A stretch of DNA of 52,165 nt, counting the filler, from Dirinaria sp. TL-2023a (lineage: Eukaryota): NCBI GenBank assembly GCA_051941275.1. It is 3 parts of 3 records of this genome, joined end to end, with 100 filler letters (N's around TTAATTAATTAA, not from the genome) between each part and the next. Parts side by side here need not be neighbours in the genome. Positions count along the whole stretch, not along the records: positions 1 to 17,340 come from JAVEBF010000435.1; positions 17,441 to 34,769 come from JAVEBF010000436.1; 1 more part is not named here. The stretch is one strand, 5' to 3'. The translations under genes and the position numbers were made by a program. Shown here in pieces: positions 11,571 through 23,500 of this stretch; within the stretch, counting starts at the first letter, position 1, and the number at the start of each line of letters is the position of its first letter. The notes below the pieces were generated by a model that saw only the letters and a program-made list of their open reading frames with translations, was not told the DNA's origin and made no database searches.

Positions 11571-14420
11571 ATGAACGGCCGGCATGGCACGTTCTCTCCT
11601 GCCTCCGCTGACGGTAGTGAGTGGTCCGGCATCTCACGATACCAAAATAATGGACCACCCAACTTTGCTCCCAACCCCAACGCTCGCGGTAACCTTGCGA
11701 CTCCCCCCATATCAGGCTCATCTAATGGCATACAAGGGCATGGGCGCCTGTCAAATGGCATGAGTGGCCGGCCCGGCGAACCTTCACCGCCAAATTCCGT
11801 GGGCCGCTCAAGTTATGGAACAAATATGTCCGAAGGGCAAAGGAGGAAGACTTTGCAAATGGAGGAGAACCTGGCGCAACACTATGCCATACTCAAGAGA
11901 TATCTTGCGCAGTCGCTTCGCGATGACAAGGGAATTGTGAAGCCAAATCGTGCCAGGGACAAGTTGTTGCGCCTTTCGCCGGTGCAATTTATGGAGCTGA
12001 GTACCGATGTCTACGATGAACTACTAAGAAGACAAAGCGCTGCTGGCCAGCAGACGAATGGGCCCGGTCAAGTCCCTTCATACTTGCTGCCGAAGGAAAA
12101 TTTCCACCCCAAGCGTAACCAAGCCCGCCAAAAACTTGCCACATTACCGCCTCCCAGATTCCGAGATCTGGCTACTGATGTGTTCTATGAACTTGAGCGC
12201 AGGTTCCCACGGTTTGCAGGAGGTGGTATTGACCGAAATGGGAGTCCAGCTCCCCATATGCGAGGGCCTCCAAGCCGGCAGGGTACACCCAATGGCGTCC
12301 GACCTGGGCAAAGCCCCATGGTGGGACCTGGCCGCCCTACTCTTGGACCCGATTATGGGCCGCGGACTGCGTCTTTGGGTAGCCAAGTAATGGCTGGACA
12401 AGGCATACCGGGGGTTGAAGGTGACCCTTACGGACGGCCAACGGCGAAGACCTTTCAGAGCAATACTATAATACCAAACAAAAGTACTCTGGTGGAAGAT
12501 GACGATGAACAGACGGGCGCGGAAGATATTCTTGATGGCCGCAGCTTCCGAAGCAGAAGGGATACAAACGGGTCTTATCGAACGGACGGAGGCCGTAGGA
12601 ACGATGGAAATAGTGTGGGCCCTTTTGAATTACAAGCTGGTGATCTTCGAGGAAAAATCGGCGAACTTGAAAATCGGGTCCGGGAGAAAGAAGCGCAACT
12701 TGAGAGATTTCAAGGAGCCCACAGCCAAGAAGACAACGTAAGTGTCAAAACCTGACGTCTCATAAAAGCAGATATATTAATGACATTCGTGGCAGGCCAT
12801 CGAAGCTGAACGACAAGAATGGGCAGGTCTGCGATCTGACCTTGAGAGTAAACTCGCGAGCGCAATGGATCTTAATAAAAATCTGAAGTCTGAGATAGAC
12901 AGGGCTAGGCAAAACCATGCGGACAGCGAGCGCCAATTGAGGTCGGAGATGGATCAGATTTTGCAACAAGGGAATGGCAGCGACGATTGGAAAGTACGAT
13001 ATGAGAACCTTGACAGAGCACATCAGCAATTACAGGGCGATCTCCGACAGCAGCAGAAGGTCACAGGCGAGGTCAAGAACGAAGCTACTACATTTCTACG
13101 GGAGATGAAAAACCTGTCTGAGCGGAGCAACCAGAATGCGGAACGTGAAGAGAAACTCGTGCGACAAGTCTATAAGTTGGAGGAGGAGGTCAAGGAGTGG
13201 AGAAACAGATATACCAAAGTCAAGTCTCAGCCTCGTACCTTGCGGGCTCCTTCAATGAGCTCGCCAACACAGCAGCCAGATGTGGATCAGCTGCTCACCA
13301 ATCGCGCATTCCTGCAAACGGACGGGCTTGTCAGACATGTTCACGCGACTCGCTTCCAGATATCGATAGACGAACTACTGAAGACTGCTCGAACTAGCGA
13401 GCCATCATCGGTCCTGAATCACGTCCGATCGGTAGTCATTACCGCACGAGATATCACTCAGGACACCAGTCGAATGACCCCAAGTAATGATGAAGAAGCA
13501 CAGCAAATCAACAAGCTTAAGTCGCGGATATCCGCGACCGCCAATAACCTGATTACCGCGGCGAAGAATTTCGCAGTAGCGGATGGCCTCTCGCCAGTCT
13601 CGCTCCTGGATGCAGCAGCTTCTCATCTGACAACGAGCATCATCGAGCTTATACGGATCGTCAAGATCCGACCCGGCTCGCCAGGGGAGCCCGACGACGA
13701 GGACGACAACAACAGCTTGATTGCGGAATCACCTGCAGTGTACTACGGTATGGACTACGCTCGAGGCAGCGTTGGGGACGAGTCTGTCTACAGCGCTGTG
13801 AGCCCGGCCCCGCCAGCATTGCCATCGAAGCACGACGAGGTTCGGACGAACCCCTACGCCAAGTCCGGGCCTGCGTATTTGAACGGCGTGACGAACGGAG
13901 GACCATACACCTCTGGCCCTAGAAAAGGGCTTGGCATCAGCGCGCAAGAGGCTGAAGTCGAGGAGTTGAAGGTATGGTGTACAGTGCAGCTGTCGGGAAA
14001 GAATGCTAATCTATCTAGGCCTTCCTCGAGGACCAAACCGACGGGCTCGTGCAGTCGATCCAAGCACTTGTCGGCAGCATCCGAGCCGAGGACAACGCGG
14101 TAACGATCAAGGATCACATCAACGCCATCGCGTCTGTGCTAGGCCGCGTGGTGTCGGAAAGCCAGCAAACGCTCAGCAATACCGGCCACCGCGCTCTGCA
14201 AGAGCAAGCCCAGCCGACAGTGGAGAGCTTGGCCGACTGCCGTACCCGGCTGCTGGAGGCGAACGTGGATATGGATAAGATCAACGATGCAAGGTCATGG
14301 AAGGAGTTCACGAAGATGCTGCCGCCGCTGGCATTCCAGGTCGCGCGGGAAACCAAGGAACTGGTGCAAAGGCTAGATCGGATCGGGGGCGCGGATGACG
14401 ATGACGACGACTTCAGATGA
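11571..14420 (+). CDS. SPA2: Polarisome scaffold Spa2/SpaA (GIT/Spa2 homology domain), ~914 aa; exons 11571-12737, 12796-13971, 14019-14420
   Basis: Two SHD repeats (ARDKLLRLSPVQFMELSTDVYDELLRR; ARQKLATLPPPRFRDLATDVFYELERR), a central coiled coil and C-terminal GLSPVSLLDAAASHL. Two GT-AG introns keep the frame. Confidence 0.92.
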
Positions 14421-14944
14421 AGCAGCGGCCAAGCATTATTGACAGCTCCGGCGGGGTTTCTCGCCGGAGCCCATATCTGTCTCTGGGATCTACGGGGAAA
14501 CCCTTTTTTTGCTTTTTGTTTCTTTTCTTGGATAAAATGCATAAATGGGATGTACAGTGAGTAGATGGGTGGCTTGACAGAGGAGGATGAATGGGCAGCT
14601 CCGGTCTGCAGGTGTTCCGATGTATCATATTTGAATGTATTTGACATCAATTCGAACCTTGTTTGCACGACGCCAACGCTTGGAAGCCTGGGCCCCTTTC
14701 CGTCAATAATCATGTATCTGAGTGAGTGCAGGAAGACCATCGGCGGTCTCCGATGCCCTCTTTTGTTTCGCGGAATCACTGCGTGCTCGTACAGTGATTA
14801 CCTTAATCATATATTCATCATCCCTTAGGGGTTTCGACCTCTGCGACACCTTGTTTTCGCAGCGTACAGCCCAAGCATGACAAGTTGTAAGGTAAAGAGC
14901 ATAGATATGCCGATCAATATGCAAGTAGACGTGATAGATACATG

Positions 14945-15110
14945 CCTAAGGTAGGTACCGAAGGGGACTCTAAGGCAAGGGACTCCTCAAAGGGGTTCGC
15001 CCCTAGGGTTGTGTTGTCTTATTGTCTACCTTACCTCCTACCTTACCTAAGGTACCTTACCTGTATCTAAGGTAGACCCTAAATCCCAAGCTAAAGTACC
15101 TTACTACTGT
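14945..15110. repeat. Intergenic (TACCT/AGGTA)n cluster
   Basis: cctaaggtaggtacc...taccttacctcctaccttacctaaggtaccttacctgtatctaaggtag...taccttac. Confidence 0.72.
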
Positions 15111-15728
15111 AGATACCTCGGCCAGAGCTCAGCTAGGGATGGACCTAAGCTCCGACGCTATGGGGGATCGACACCAATGAGCGAGTCGTGTTGCTTATCG
15201 TCAGAGCGGGATGCGACTTTCGCTCGCTTCCACAAGGTATCAAGTCGTGACAGTCGCCCTAATCCTCCCACCTTCCACCCTCCATCGCTGCCATACTATA
15301 TAATTCTTGTAGTCACTTCGACTCAGTAGTCGCAGATCAGCTCAGATCCAGCTATGGCTAGACCCACCTCTTCCGGCGGCTTATCAGTCAAGAGATTCAT
15401 CTGTAAGGGACGACGTAAAGTAGCTTCTATCGGCCATCGGCCATCTCCATTCGCATCTCATTATTGACCTCGCCCCGCTATTTGCCTGACTGTATATCTA
15501 CTTATGTCAAAGTAGGCGTCCGTCTTGTTTTCGTCTTTTCCCACAGTGTCTCACCGCCTCCTCTCTCCCCTGCTTCTCTTTCCCATGTCGTCGACCTTTC
15601 ATTTCTTGAAGTGTTGATCCTTTCCTTCACCTGGGCAGTATCTGAGACTCACACGACCCTCGGGAATATCCCAACCAGACTCTTGTATAACAACAGTCTG
15701 ACGAACCTGCCGGTGTCCACCTGCAAGA

Positions 15729-17340
15729 ATGGGGTACAAGAACGAATATGATGTGGAGGGGCACTCGCCGGTCGACACCTCCGCCGACGAGAAGGCGCCT
15801 CCATTCTACACCGACCAGACCACCGGTGTGCCCGCCGAAAGCTTCGAGATCGGCAATACACCTTATGCGAAGCTACAGCGCCTCGTGGGACGTTTTGGCG
15901 TGGAGCAGAGAGGAATAGAGCGAGTGCCAGAAGATGAGCGGACAGACACCAATCTGCGTAAAGTGGGGACCATGTGGCTCGCTGCCAACATGGTCGTCTC
16001 CAGCTTCGCCATCGGAGCACTCGCCGTTACAGTTTTCGAGCTCGGCTTCGTTGACTCCCTTCTCACCATTCTCTTCATCAACATGCTCGCCATCACCCCC
16101 GTCTCTTTCTTCTCCACCTTCGGGCCCCCCTACGGTCTCCGCCAGATGGTGCTGTCGCGCTTCTGGTTCGGTTTCTATGCCGTGAAACTGATTGCCTTCT
16201 TCAACATTTTAGCCTGCGTCGGATGGTCCGCGGTCAACGTGATTGTGGGTGCGCAGCTAATCAACGCGGTGAACAGTGATGTTCCCGGGTATGCGGGGAT
16301 CATCATCATTGCAGCAGCGACATTCCTCGTGACACTTTTCGGATACAAGGTCGTGCACGCGTACGAATTCTGGTCGTGGATCCCCAGCTTCATCGTTTTC
16401 CTGATCGTGCTTGGCGAATTCGCCCACTCAGGCAAATTCATCAATTTGCCCATGCACAAGGGGAATGCGGAGGCTGGATCGATCCTCTCGTTCGCTGCGA
16501 GCGTCTACGGTTTTGGGACGGGCTGGACGAGCTACGCGGCCGATTATACTGTCTACCAACCCGCCAATGTGTCCCGCGTGAAGACATTCGTCTGGACGTA
16601 CGCAGGCTTGCTCTTCCCGCTCTGCTTCACGGAGATGCTGGGTCTGGCGGTGGCGACCGCAACGATGGACACCGTGGACACCTCGTACGCGAAAGGATAC
16701 TCGGATAGCGGCATCGGTGGACTGTTAGCAGCGGTGCTGTTCCCGCCTCTGGGCCGCTTCGGCCAATTCTGTCTCGTGGTCCTGGCGCTGAGCATCATCG
16801 CCAACAACTGCCCGAACATCTACAGCGTGACCTTCAGCCTGCAAATCATGGGCCAATGGACACAGTACGTCCCGCGTTTTGTGTGGACCTTCGTCGGCAC
16901 GCTCGTCTACTGCGCGATCGCGATCCCGGGTTACTCGCATTTCGAAGAGGTCTTGGAGAACTTCATGCTGCTGATTGTAAGCCGCCCCTCTCTCCTCCCT
17001 ACGCACTTAATTTTCTCCCCCTTATCCCAATCCCAATCCTAATCCCATCGCATTGCAGGGCTACTGGCTCGCCATCTATGAAGGCATCTCGCTAAGCGAA
17101 CACTTCATCTTCGCCCACCGCACCTACGACATCACGGCCTTCAACTCCCCGCGCAAACTCCCGCCGGGCCTGGCCGCCCTCGTCGCCTTCGGCTTCGGCA
17201 TCATGGGCGCCGTCATGGGCATGGCGCAGGTCTGGTTCATCGGCCCCATCGGCCGGAAAATCGGTCTGCCGGGGTACGGGGGGGATATCGGGTTCGAGCT
17301 CGCGTTCACGTTCGCGGCGGTGAGTTATGTGGGGCTGAGG
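15729..17340 (+). CDS. FCY2: Purine-cytosine permease (NCS1 family, FCY2/FcyB-like); exons 15729-16976 and 17059->17340, 3' end lost in the assembly gap
   Basis: Motifs GVEQRGIERVPEDER, WLAANM, FGPPYGLRQMVLSRFWFG, GWTSYAADY, IANNCPNIYS, LENFMLLI|GYWLAIY and many TM segments. Intron 16977-17058 reads GTAAGC...TTGCAG. The exact paralogue is not determined. Confidence 0.9.
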
Positions 17341-17440
17341 NNNNNNNNNNNNNNNNNNNNNNNNNNNNNNNNNNNNNNNNNNNNTTAATTAATTAANNNN
17401 NNNNNNNNNNNNNNNNNNNNNNNNNNNNNNNNNNNNNNNN
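17341..17440. other. Artificial scaffold spacer: N44-TTAATTAATTAA-N44 (stop codons in all six frames)
   Basis: Exactly 100 nt with the palindromic 12-mer at 17385-17396. An identical construct occurs at 34770-34869. Confidence 0.97.
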
Positions 17441-18545
17441 CAGTCTATTCATAGAACCTATATGTCACCACCTTACAACTCTAGAAGACAAGATGTCATT
17501 CACGGGGAAACGACACCGATTTCCCATCGGTGCGCTCGGTAGCTCTTGGCGTAGAAAAGTGTCAGATTTAGGAGGTGTTTGTGAGGTCAATTGTACCTAT
17601 GTTTGGCAGTTTGTATGTGTGTGATTAATTGCCTCCCCCTCTCTAAGAAAAGCGAGGAATTGTGGGTTACTATATACCCGATATTACTATTACCCGGAGC
17701 CCTGCGGTTTACCTATCCGCGGACTGCCATCTTGCGGAGGCTAACCGTTTTCGTCAACTACTTTCCACATTCTTGGTGGCGAACCGGTCCACCCGGTCCC
17801 GGTTTTACAAAAAGACACGGAGACGACATATACACTGGTGGGAAAGTGTCACGCTGTATGTCTCGCTTTTACATGTCAAATACAGATCGAAAGTCTTTCA
17901 AAACGCTTGTCATCAAGATGTGACTGATCTTTCCCGATTTCCTCGTTGTTGATCTCATAGCGGCTCCTAGTGATCATGACTGACATATCTCCCATTCGCT
18001 TCAAGCATTACTTCATCTCGAGAACCAAATTGACTATCAATTCAAGATATCGTCCCCCCGTGCTTGATGCTTGATTGAAAATCCTGCTTAAACTCTAACG
18101 TTGATTTCTCTGGCTTGAACAAACGCGATTTTTTGAACATCATATATGGATTAGATCGATCTAAAAATGTGCTTTCTCGTTTGTTTCATTTGCAATTCAC
18201 AACATCTTTTTCCTTTCAATACGATGAGCTTGCTTCTCTCCAAAGCTGAAGTCTTAAAAGATCTAATTCACTGTGTGACACTAAGAACTCTAAAGGAACG
18301 ACAGAATCATCAAAGCAATTAGGACAGGATTGAGTGAAACTGTTTGTCAACGATGGGCTTCAAAAAAATATTACGCAATTCGAGCTTGAGTTCAATCGAC
18401 AATCGACGAGCACTTACTTGATTATTCATTCTCTTGTGAACAAAGTCGCAAAGTGGAACATTTGACAGCATCGCGGGAATATCATTGAATCTATTTCCTT
18501 CTCGGCAGAGTCGCTATGAAGTCAACGAAGATGTATTTTGGATAA

Positions 18546-19433
18546 CTATCTCCTTTTGAGCGTGAAGACTGTATTATAAGAAGGATAAACTTCATGGTGA
18601 GTATATTTATCCTCTTGACTCATGATCATCCATCCCGCATCTCGAATAAGGTTTCGTTGACTTACAAAGTGGACCGTCTGACACTGGCCCTTCCACAAAA
18701 CCTCCACTTGAGTTGATCCATCTGAAGCCGCTGTCAATGCCTTCCTGCATAATTCCACCATAATTGGCACTTGAAGATGGAAGACCCCGTCTTCCCCGCC
18801 GGAATACCATTCAAAATTAACCTGGGCTCCTAGGAGAAGGGCTTCATCTAACAATAGATGGATGGTCAATGGCGGTCTGTTTTTGCCGAGCACGCGAAAG
18901 CAAGCCTCGATTGCCGGGTCAACATAGTCCAGCAACTCTTCCACGTATGGCCTTTTAAAATGTTCGAGTCACAGCGCACTCTGGGGTATCACTTCGACAA
19001 AAACCCATTCGTCCATGGTTGTGAGAGTGCCATCGGAGTGTTGCCAGATTTGCGCTGGCTTGGACATTTGTATTTCCATGTACCGCAACGCATCCCTGTT
19101 GGCCTTCCCAATCATTCTGAGAAACGTATGAAGCGGGCTCCAACCCCCGCAACTCTTGAAAAGGAAGCTGTTTCATTGATAGAAGAATTTAGATGCCTCG
19201 TAAGAGATCCTAGTATTGCAGGAAAACAAACCAAGAGCCAAATCGTGGGAGATGGGTTTGCCAGTTGTGAAAATCTTTCTGGTAGAGGACCTAGTAATGA
19301 TGCGCTCGTTGGAATGAGAGGTTCCATAGTCACTTGTAGTACCTCCGGAGTACACTGTGATAGTCTCTGATGATTTGAGACTGTACGAGTAGATCTTATC
19401 TCTAAGCTCGCGTGGCAGATCGGCGAATCCCAT
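18546..19433 (-). pseudogene. Disrupted hypothetical protein with F-box-like N-terminus (FxDLPxELRxKIY family); two in-frame TGA at 19175-19173 and 18971-18969
   Basis: One reading frame runs from ATG 19433 to 18546: MGFADLPRELRDKIYSYSL...LGLFSCNTRISYEASKFFYQ*NSFLF...WSPLHTFLRMIGKANRDALRYMEI...SAL*LEHFKRPYVEELLDYVDPAIEACFRVLG. The sequence stays protein-like across both stops, with no frameshift. Confidence 0.72.
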
Positions 19434-20557
19434 CCTAGGAGAAACGCAAAGACCGAGAGAGATTCCTTTGCGCTGAACAGGACGGCACACAAGCTGGGGT
19501 ATACTGAGTATCAGGTTACCAACTACTTAGTGAGGTCTATGTTGATGTTTCAAACTATCAATTAGCCATAGATGTAACATTAGAAGGCATGGCATCTATC
19601 GAGAGATGTTTTCAGGACTTGCATCAGACTAGTCTTTTTGGGTTAAGCGGTACCCCTGAACTCTGTGGGACCGAAAGCAGATTAGTTGCTTTTAGGATTT
19701 TATGTTGGAAAGTGAGCGGCATGAGGCATACCCGGCAGAGAGGGTGCTAGGCCCAATCGGGGTATAGACCTCCGCACATAAAGATTGCCATGTAAATAAC
19801 CAACCTACATATAGAAGTATCAACAATAGACGTGATGGGACCCCATTTGGAGCAACCTAGGTCAATATTTTAGTTACTTAAGTAAATTTTTTCCCAACAG
19901 AGAGCCTTACCTACTACATGGTTTCCCTAATGCCGGTTTTATTTACCTCTACAACTATAGCGTCTTCCACGCCATAAATTGCTGACTCAATCTGCACCGC
20001 CCACAAACACATTTCTCTTCACCTGCGAACTTCCTTGCTTCCTCATGCAATTACACAACATCACTACCAGATAAATTAATCCACTACTTCAGCTGCTCCT
20101 TGAACATTTCAAACTACATGAAAGTATAAGCAGATTATCGAGGCGTCGTGAGGTTAGGAATGCGCTTTCCGGAATTATGATCGAAGAGGCTGAACTGATG
20201 CTAGGTAGATCTCAACGGACTAGTCTCCATCCACTAAGGTGAGAACATGTTGTGATTAAGATTCGAGCTTGAGACATCAACAATACTTCTCTCGGCTTGA
20301 CATATCAAGGCATCATGCTTTATATCGAGAATCTGTTGCAAATCGACGTTCGAAAGTTAATCTGGTCGTTAGTGAATGCTTCCGGATGTCGTGTCGTAGC
20401 GGGATTTGGCAAACGCAAGGGCAGTTTTTTTTTGTTTTTTTGTTTTTTTCTTTTGTGGATACGTAGTTGACTATTGTAGTATCTAGTCTTCAGGATATTC
20501 GAATATCGCGATCCGTCAATTCCATAGTAACCTACTTCTTGACGACGTCGTACTAGC

Positions 20558-23500
20558 TCAGCGCTGCACGCGCATCATCCACCACCCATTCAGCACAAAC
20601 CCAGCCCAATGATACAACGCAGGTTTCTGCTCCATGATCTTCAACATCGCTCTCTGATTCGCTATTGCAAGGTTCCACACGAAAGCTCCGCTACCCACTC
20701 TTCCATTCTCAAGATCATTCTGGTCAAGCGTCATTCCTCCAAGCTTCTTTTTCAACAATTCTTCATCATGAGACCCCATTCCAGCAAAGTCTTCATAAAA
20801 GTACTCCTGGTATAGGGCTGCATCCCTGTCTGCAAACGTCCATAACGAGCTCACCGTGCTCGCCGCTCCCGCATGGAAGAGAGCAGGCACCAACCCAATT
20901 ACATCATTCGTGACGACCGTTTTCGATGCGCCGCTGCCACAGCCAAGGAGTGTCGCGTGGAAGGCGCGGAGACCCGGGGTGATGTCAAAGATTTCACGAA
21001 GAGTCAGGCGCTGGTTTGTGAACGAGAGACTTTGATCCATTGGAGAAGAGGAGGAGAAATTGGCATGGCCGTGGTAGTGTAGGATATGGAGAGATGGATC
21101 TTGTATCGTTCGGACAAAGAATGTGGAGTCAAATTGCTCTCCGATGTGAAGCTGTTGAATGTCGAGTCTAGAAGCTGTTGCGTGAAGAGCTTCTTTGCCT
21201 ATGCCGCTCGGTGGATCTCCGTAGATTGAGGCGTTGAAAGAGGGTGACTGTTTGCGCGATGATGGTGTTACATGACTTTTCTCCTTGTCCTGACGGCTTT
21301 CGAAGGCGGTAGTAAGAGCGCTAAGGCTGCTGCAGTAGACAATGGGATTGCGGCGGATGAGTACTTCGCCATCGACCTTCAGCGCGTGTAATGGAATGCG
21401 GTGGAGATTGCCACAAGCTGAAAAGACCAGGACCTGACCTGGTTTTGAAAGGTTTCTCAATGGCTCAACCAGTGGGTTAAGCTTATAGAGAATCCTTGAG
21501 TTTTTCTTGCTCTTAAGGTCGTCCGTATCCAAATGGATGAACTTCTGCACGATATCGTCGATTGCCTCCCATGTGATATCTGCAATACAGCATTGCGGTC
21601 TTTGGCCCGGCGCAATGGATATTATGAGAGGTTTGATGAATGGTTTCTGTCGTGATGTTCCGTTATACCAATCTACGAAGACGGTCTCGCCGCCGAACTT
21701 ACTGAGTTGCTGAAGTTTGACCTCCAAGTCTCCTAATATTGTGTAGGGGCCATCGTTATTGCTGGCCTTTTCGGTGCTTTCTTCTGCACCATTCCTTGTT
21801 GGAGTTTGCACCGAGCGATCTGAGGTCTGCTGTAAGTTTAGTTCATGTCCAGTGGCCTGTTCCGACTTTGCTTCGTCAATCTTCGGATCCAGCATCTTCT
21901 CGCTAGGTTCATTTCTCAGAGGCCCACCACTTTTGACCTCGGACTGTTCAGCTTGAGGAGAGCCCGCATCCTTGCCTGTATGTTGTTGTTTGGGATCATC
22001 CTCTACCTTTGGCTCCGAGCTCATTTGCGAGTCACGCACTTCTGATGCACTGGTTTCCATCAGCCACCCGAGCCCCATTGATTTTGCTGCCTGGACCATG
22101 CTCCAAATCATACTGGCCCTGAAATTCGTCTCTGAATCTGGGAACTTGGCGAGCACAGCCACAGCCCAGGGAATGATGTTCATTGTCTTTTGGTCTTGCA
22201 AAGCAAGCGTCAGATTTTCGACTCGCTTCCAACCTTGTAGGGCTCGCCACCCATCTCTAACCTTTTCCAACGCCCCCAATGCGTTGAGTAGGGCTTGGAA
22301 AAAGGGGTCAAGAGCTCGTTGATCTAACTTTAAAGCGGCATAGAAGTAGAGCTGAGCTATGTTGACGTACGTCTGAAGCTCGCGAACAGATCTGCCGTTG
22401 CCATAGTTTTCTTCGAGGCTTTCCTTGTAGATACGAAGTACTTCTTGGAACTCTGCAGATTCAGTATCGACAAGATGGTGACCATGCTCTTGAAGATAGA
22501 TGGCAGACTTGGATGAAGCAACCAAATTTTTCAGACTGGAAATGTTCGATGAAACTTGTTCTTGTATCGTTGTATTAAGCCGGGGTATTAGTTTTAACAA
22601 TCGTTCTGACTCGATGACTTGAGTCTCAAACGAGCTACTGGGATAACTTGTTCTGTTATGTCTTGTGTTCTGAATCTGAAACAATAGGTAATGCCGCTTG
22701 CTCTCGGGCTTTGAGGATTTTTGTAGTAGCCACTTGGTTAACGTCTCGTAGATCTGTTCCCAAAACTGATTGGGAGTAGGGGAATCAACAGTCCCGTACA
22801 GCATTTTCGACAGGTCTTCTGGAGATAATGTTCTGAGAAAGGCCGAAAGATTCAAGTTATTTCCAAAGCCATGATCCGTACGAGTATCAAATCCACGACG
22901 TAGAGGAGAGTTCATCATCGGCAAAGCTTCAGCAAACAGTCCGCTACACAGAATTTCAAGGTCCTTCTGGTCCAGAACTCTATTGGCAAAGTCATCCTTG
23001 ATGAAGTCGAGGAGAACTTCTTCCATCTCTGTCGAAGGATCATTACGATCTGAGCCGAACTTGATCCGACGCCTCTCCCATGTGACTGTGGGTTTGACTG
23101 GTAGGCTGGTCGAATCATGGAGTTGCCAATCTAATTCCCTGTAGTCATGCTGAAATGCCACTGGTAAGATATCCTCGTTCATGCTCTTGTTTTGCGAAGA
23201 TAGCTCTGACTGAGTCTTGAAGCCTTCGGTCTGCCAGAATTTGTCTTGGTTGGCTGATATTTCCTTTATCTCTAGTACGGTCTTCAAGGCCTGGTCTTCG
23301 TTTTTGATTAGGGCGTGTATGAGGACTAGAGTCTTGCAGGCACTGATTCTCTGTCTCCAGAGGTTGAAGGTTGGGTATTTGTTACTAAAATCCTCGTGCC
23401 ACTTGATAAGTGTTCCATTGTCGTCAAATAGCGTGCAGGCAATATCTCCAGCCGCAAGGCGGTTGATGTACAGACGATGGATGTCCCCGAGCTCTTCTAA

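Noticed and set aside
15600..15700. TPP riboswitch in the permease leader (CTGAGA present)
   Set aside because: The downstream aptamer core (ACC...GAACTTGATC.GG.TAAT.CC.GCG) is absent. The same applies to CTGAGAATTATCTACC at ~45243.
17025..17050. (TCCCAA)n-like repeat resembling a telomeric unit
   Set aside because: Only 3-4 imperfect units inside the FCY2 intron near the branch site; this is a simple microsatellite.
17385..17396. TTAATTAATTAA palindrome as a biological element (e.g. piggyBac TTAA target)
   Set aside because: It is centred in exactly 100 nt of Ns and repeated identically at 34814, so it is an assembly linker.
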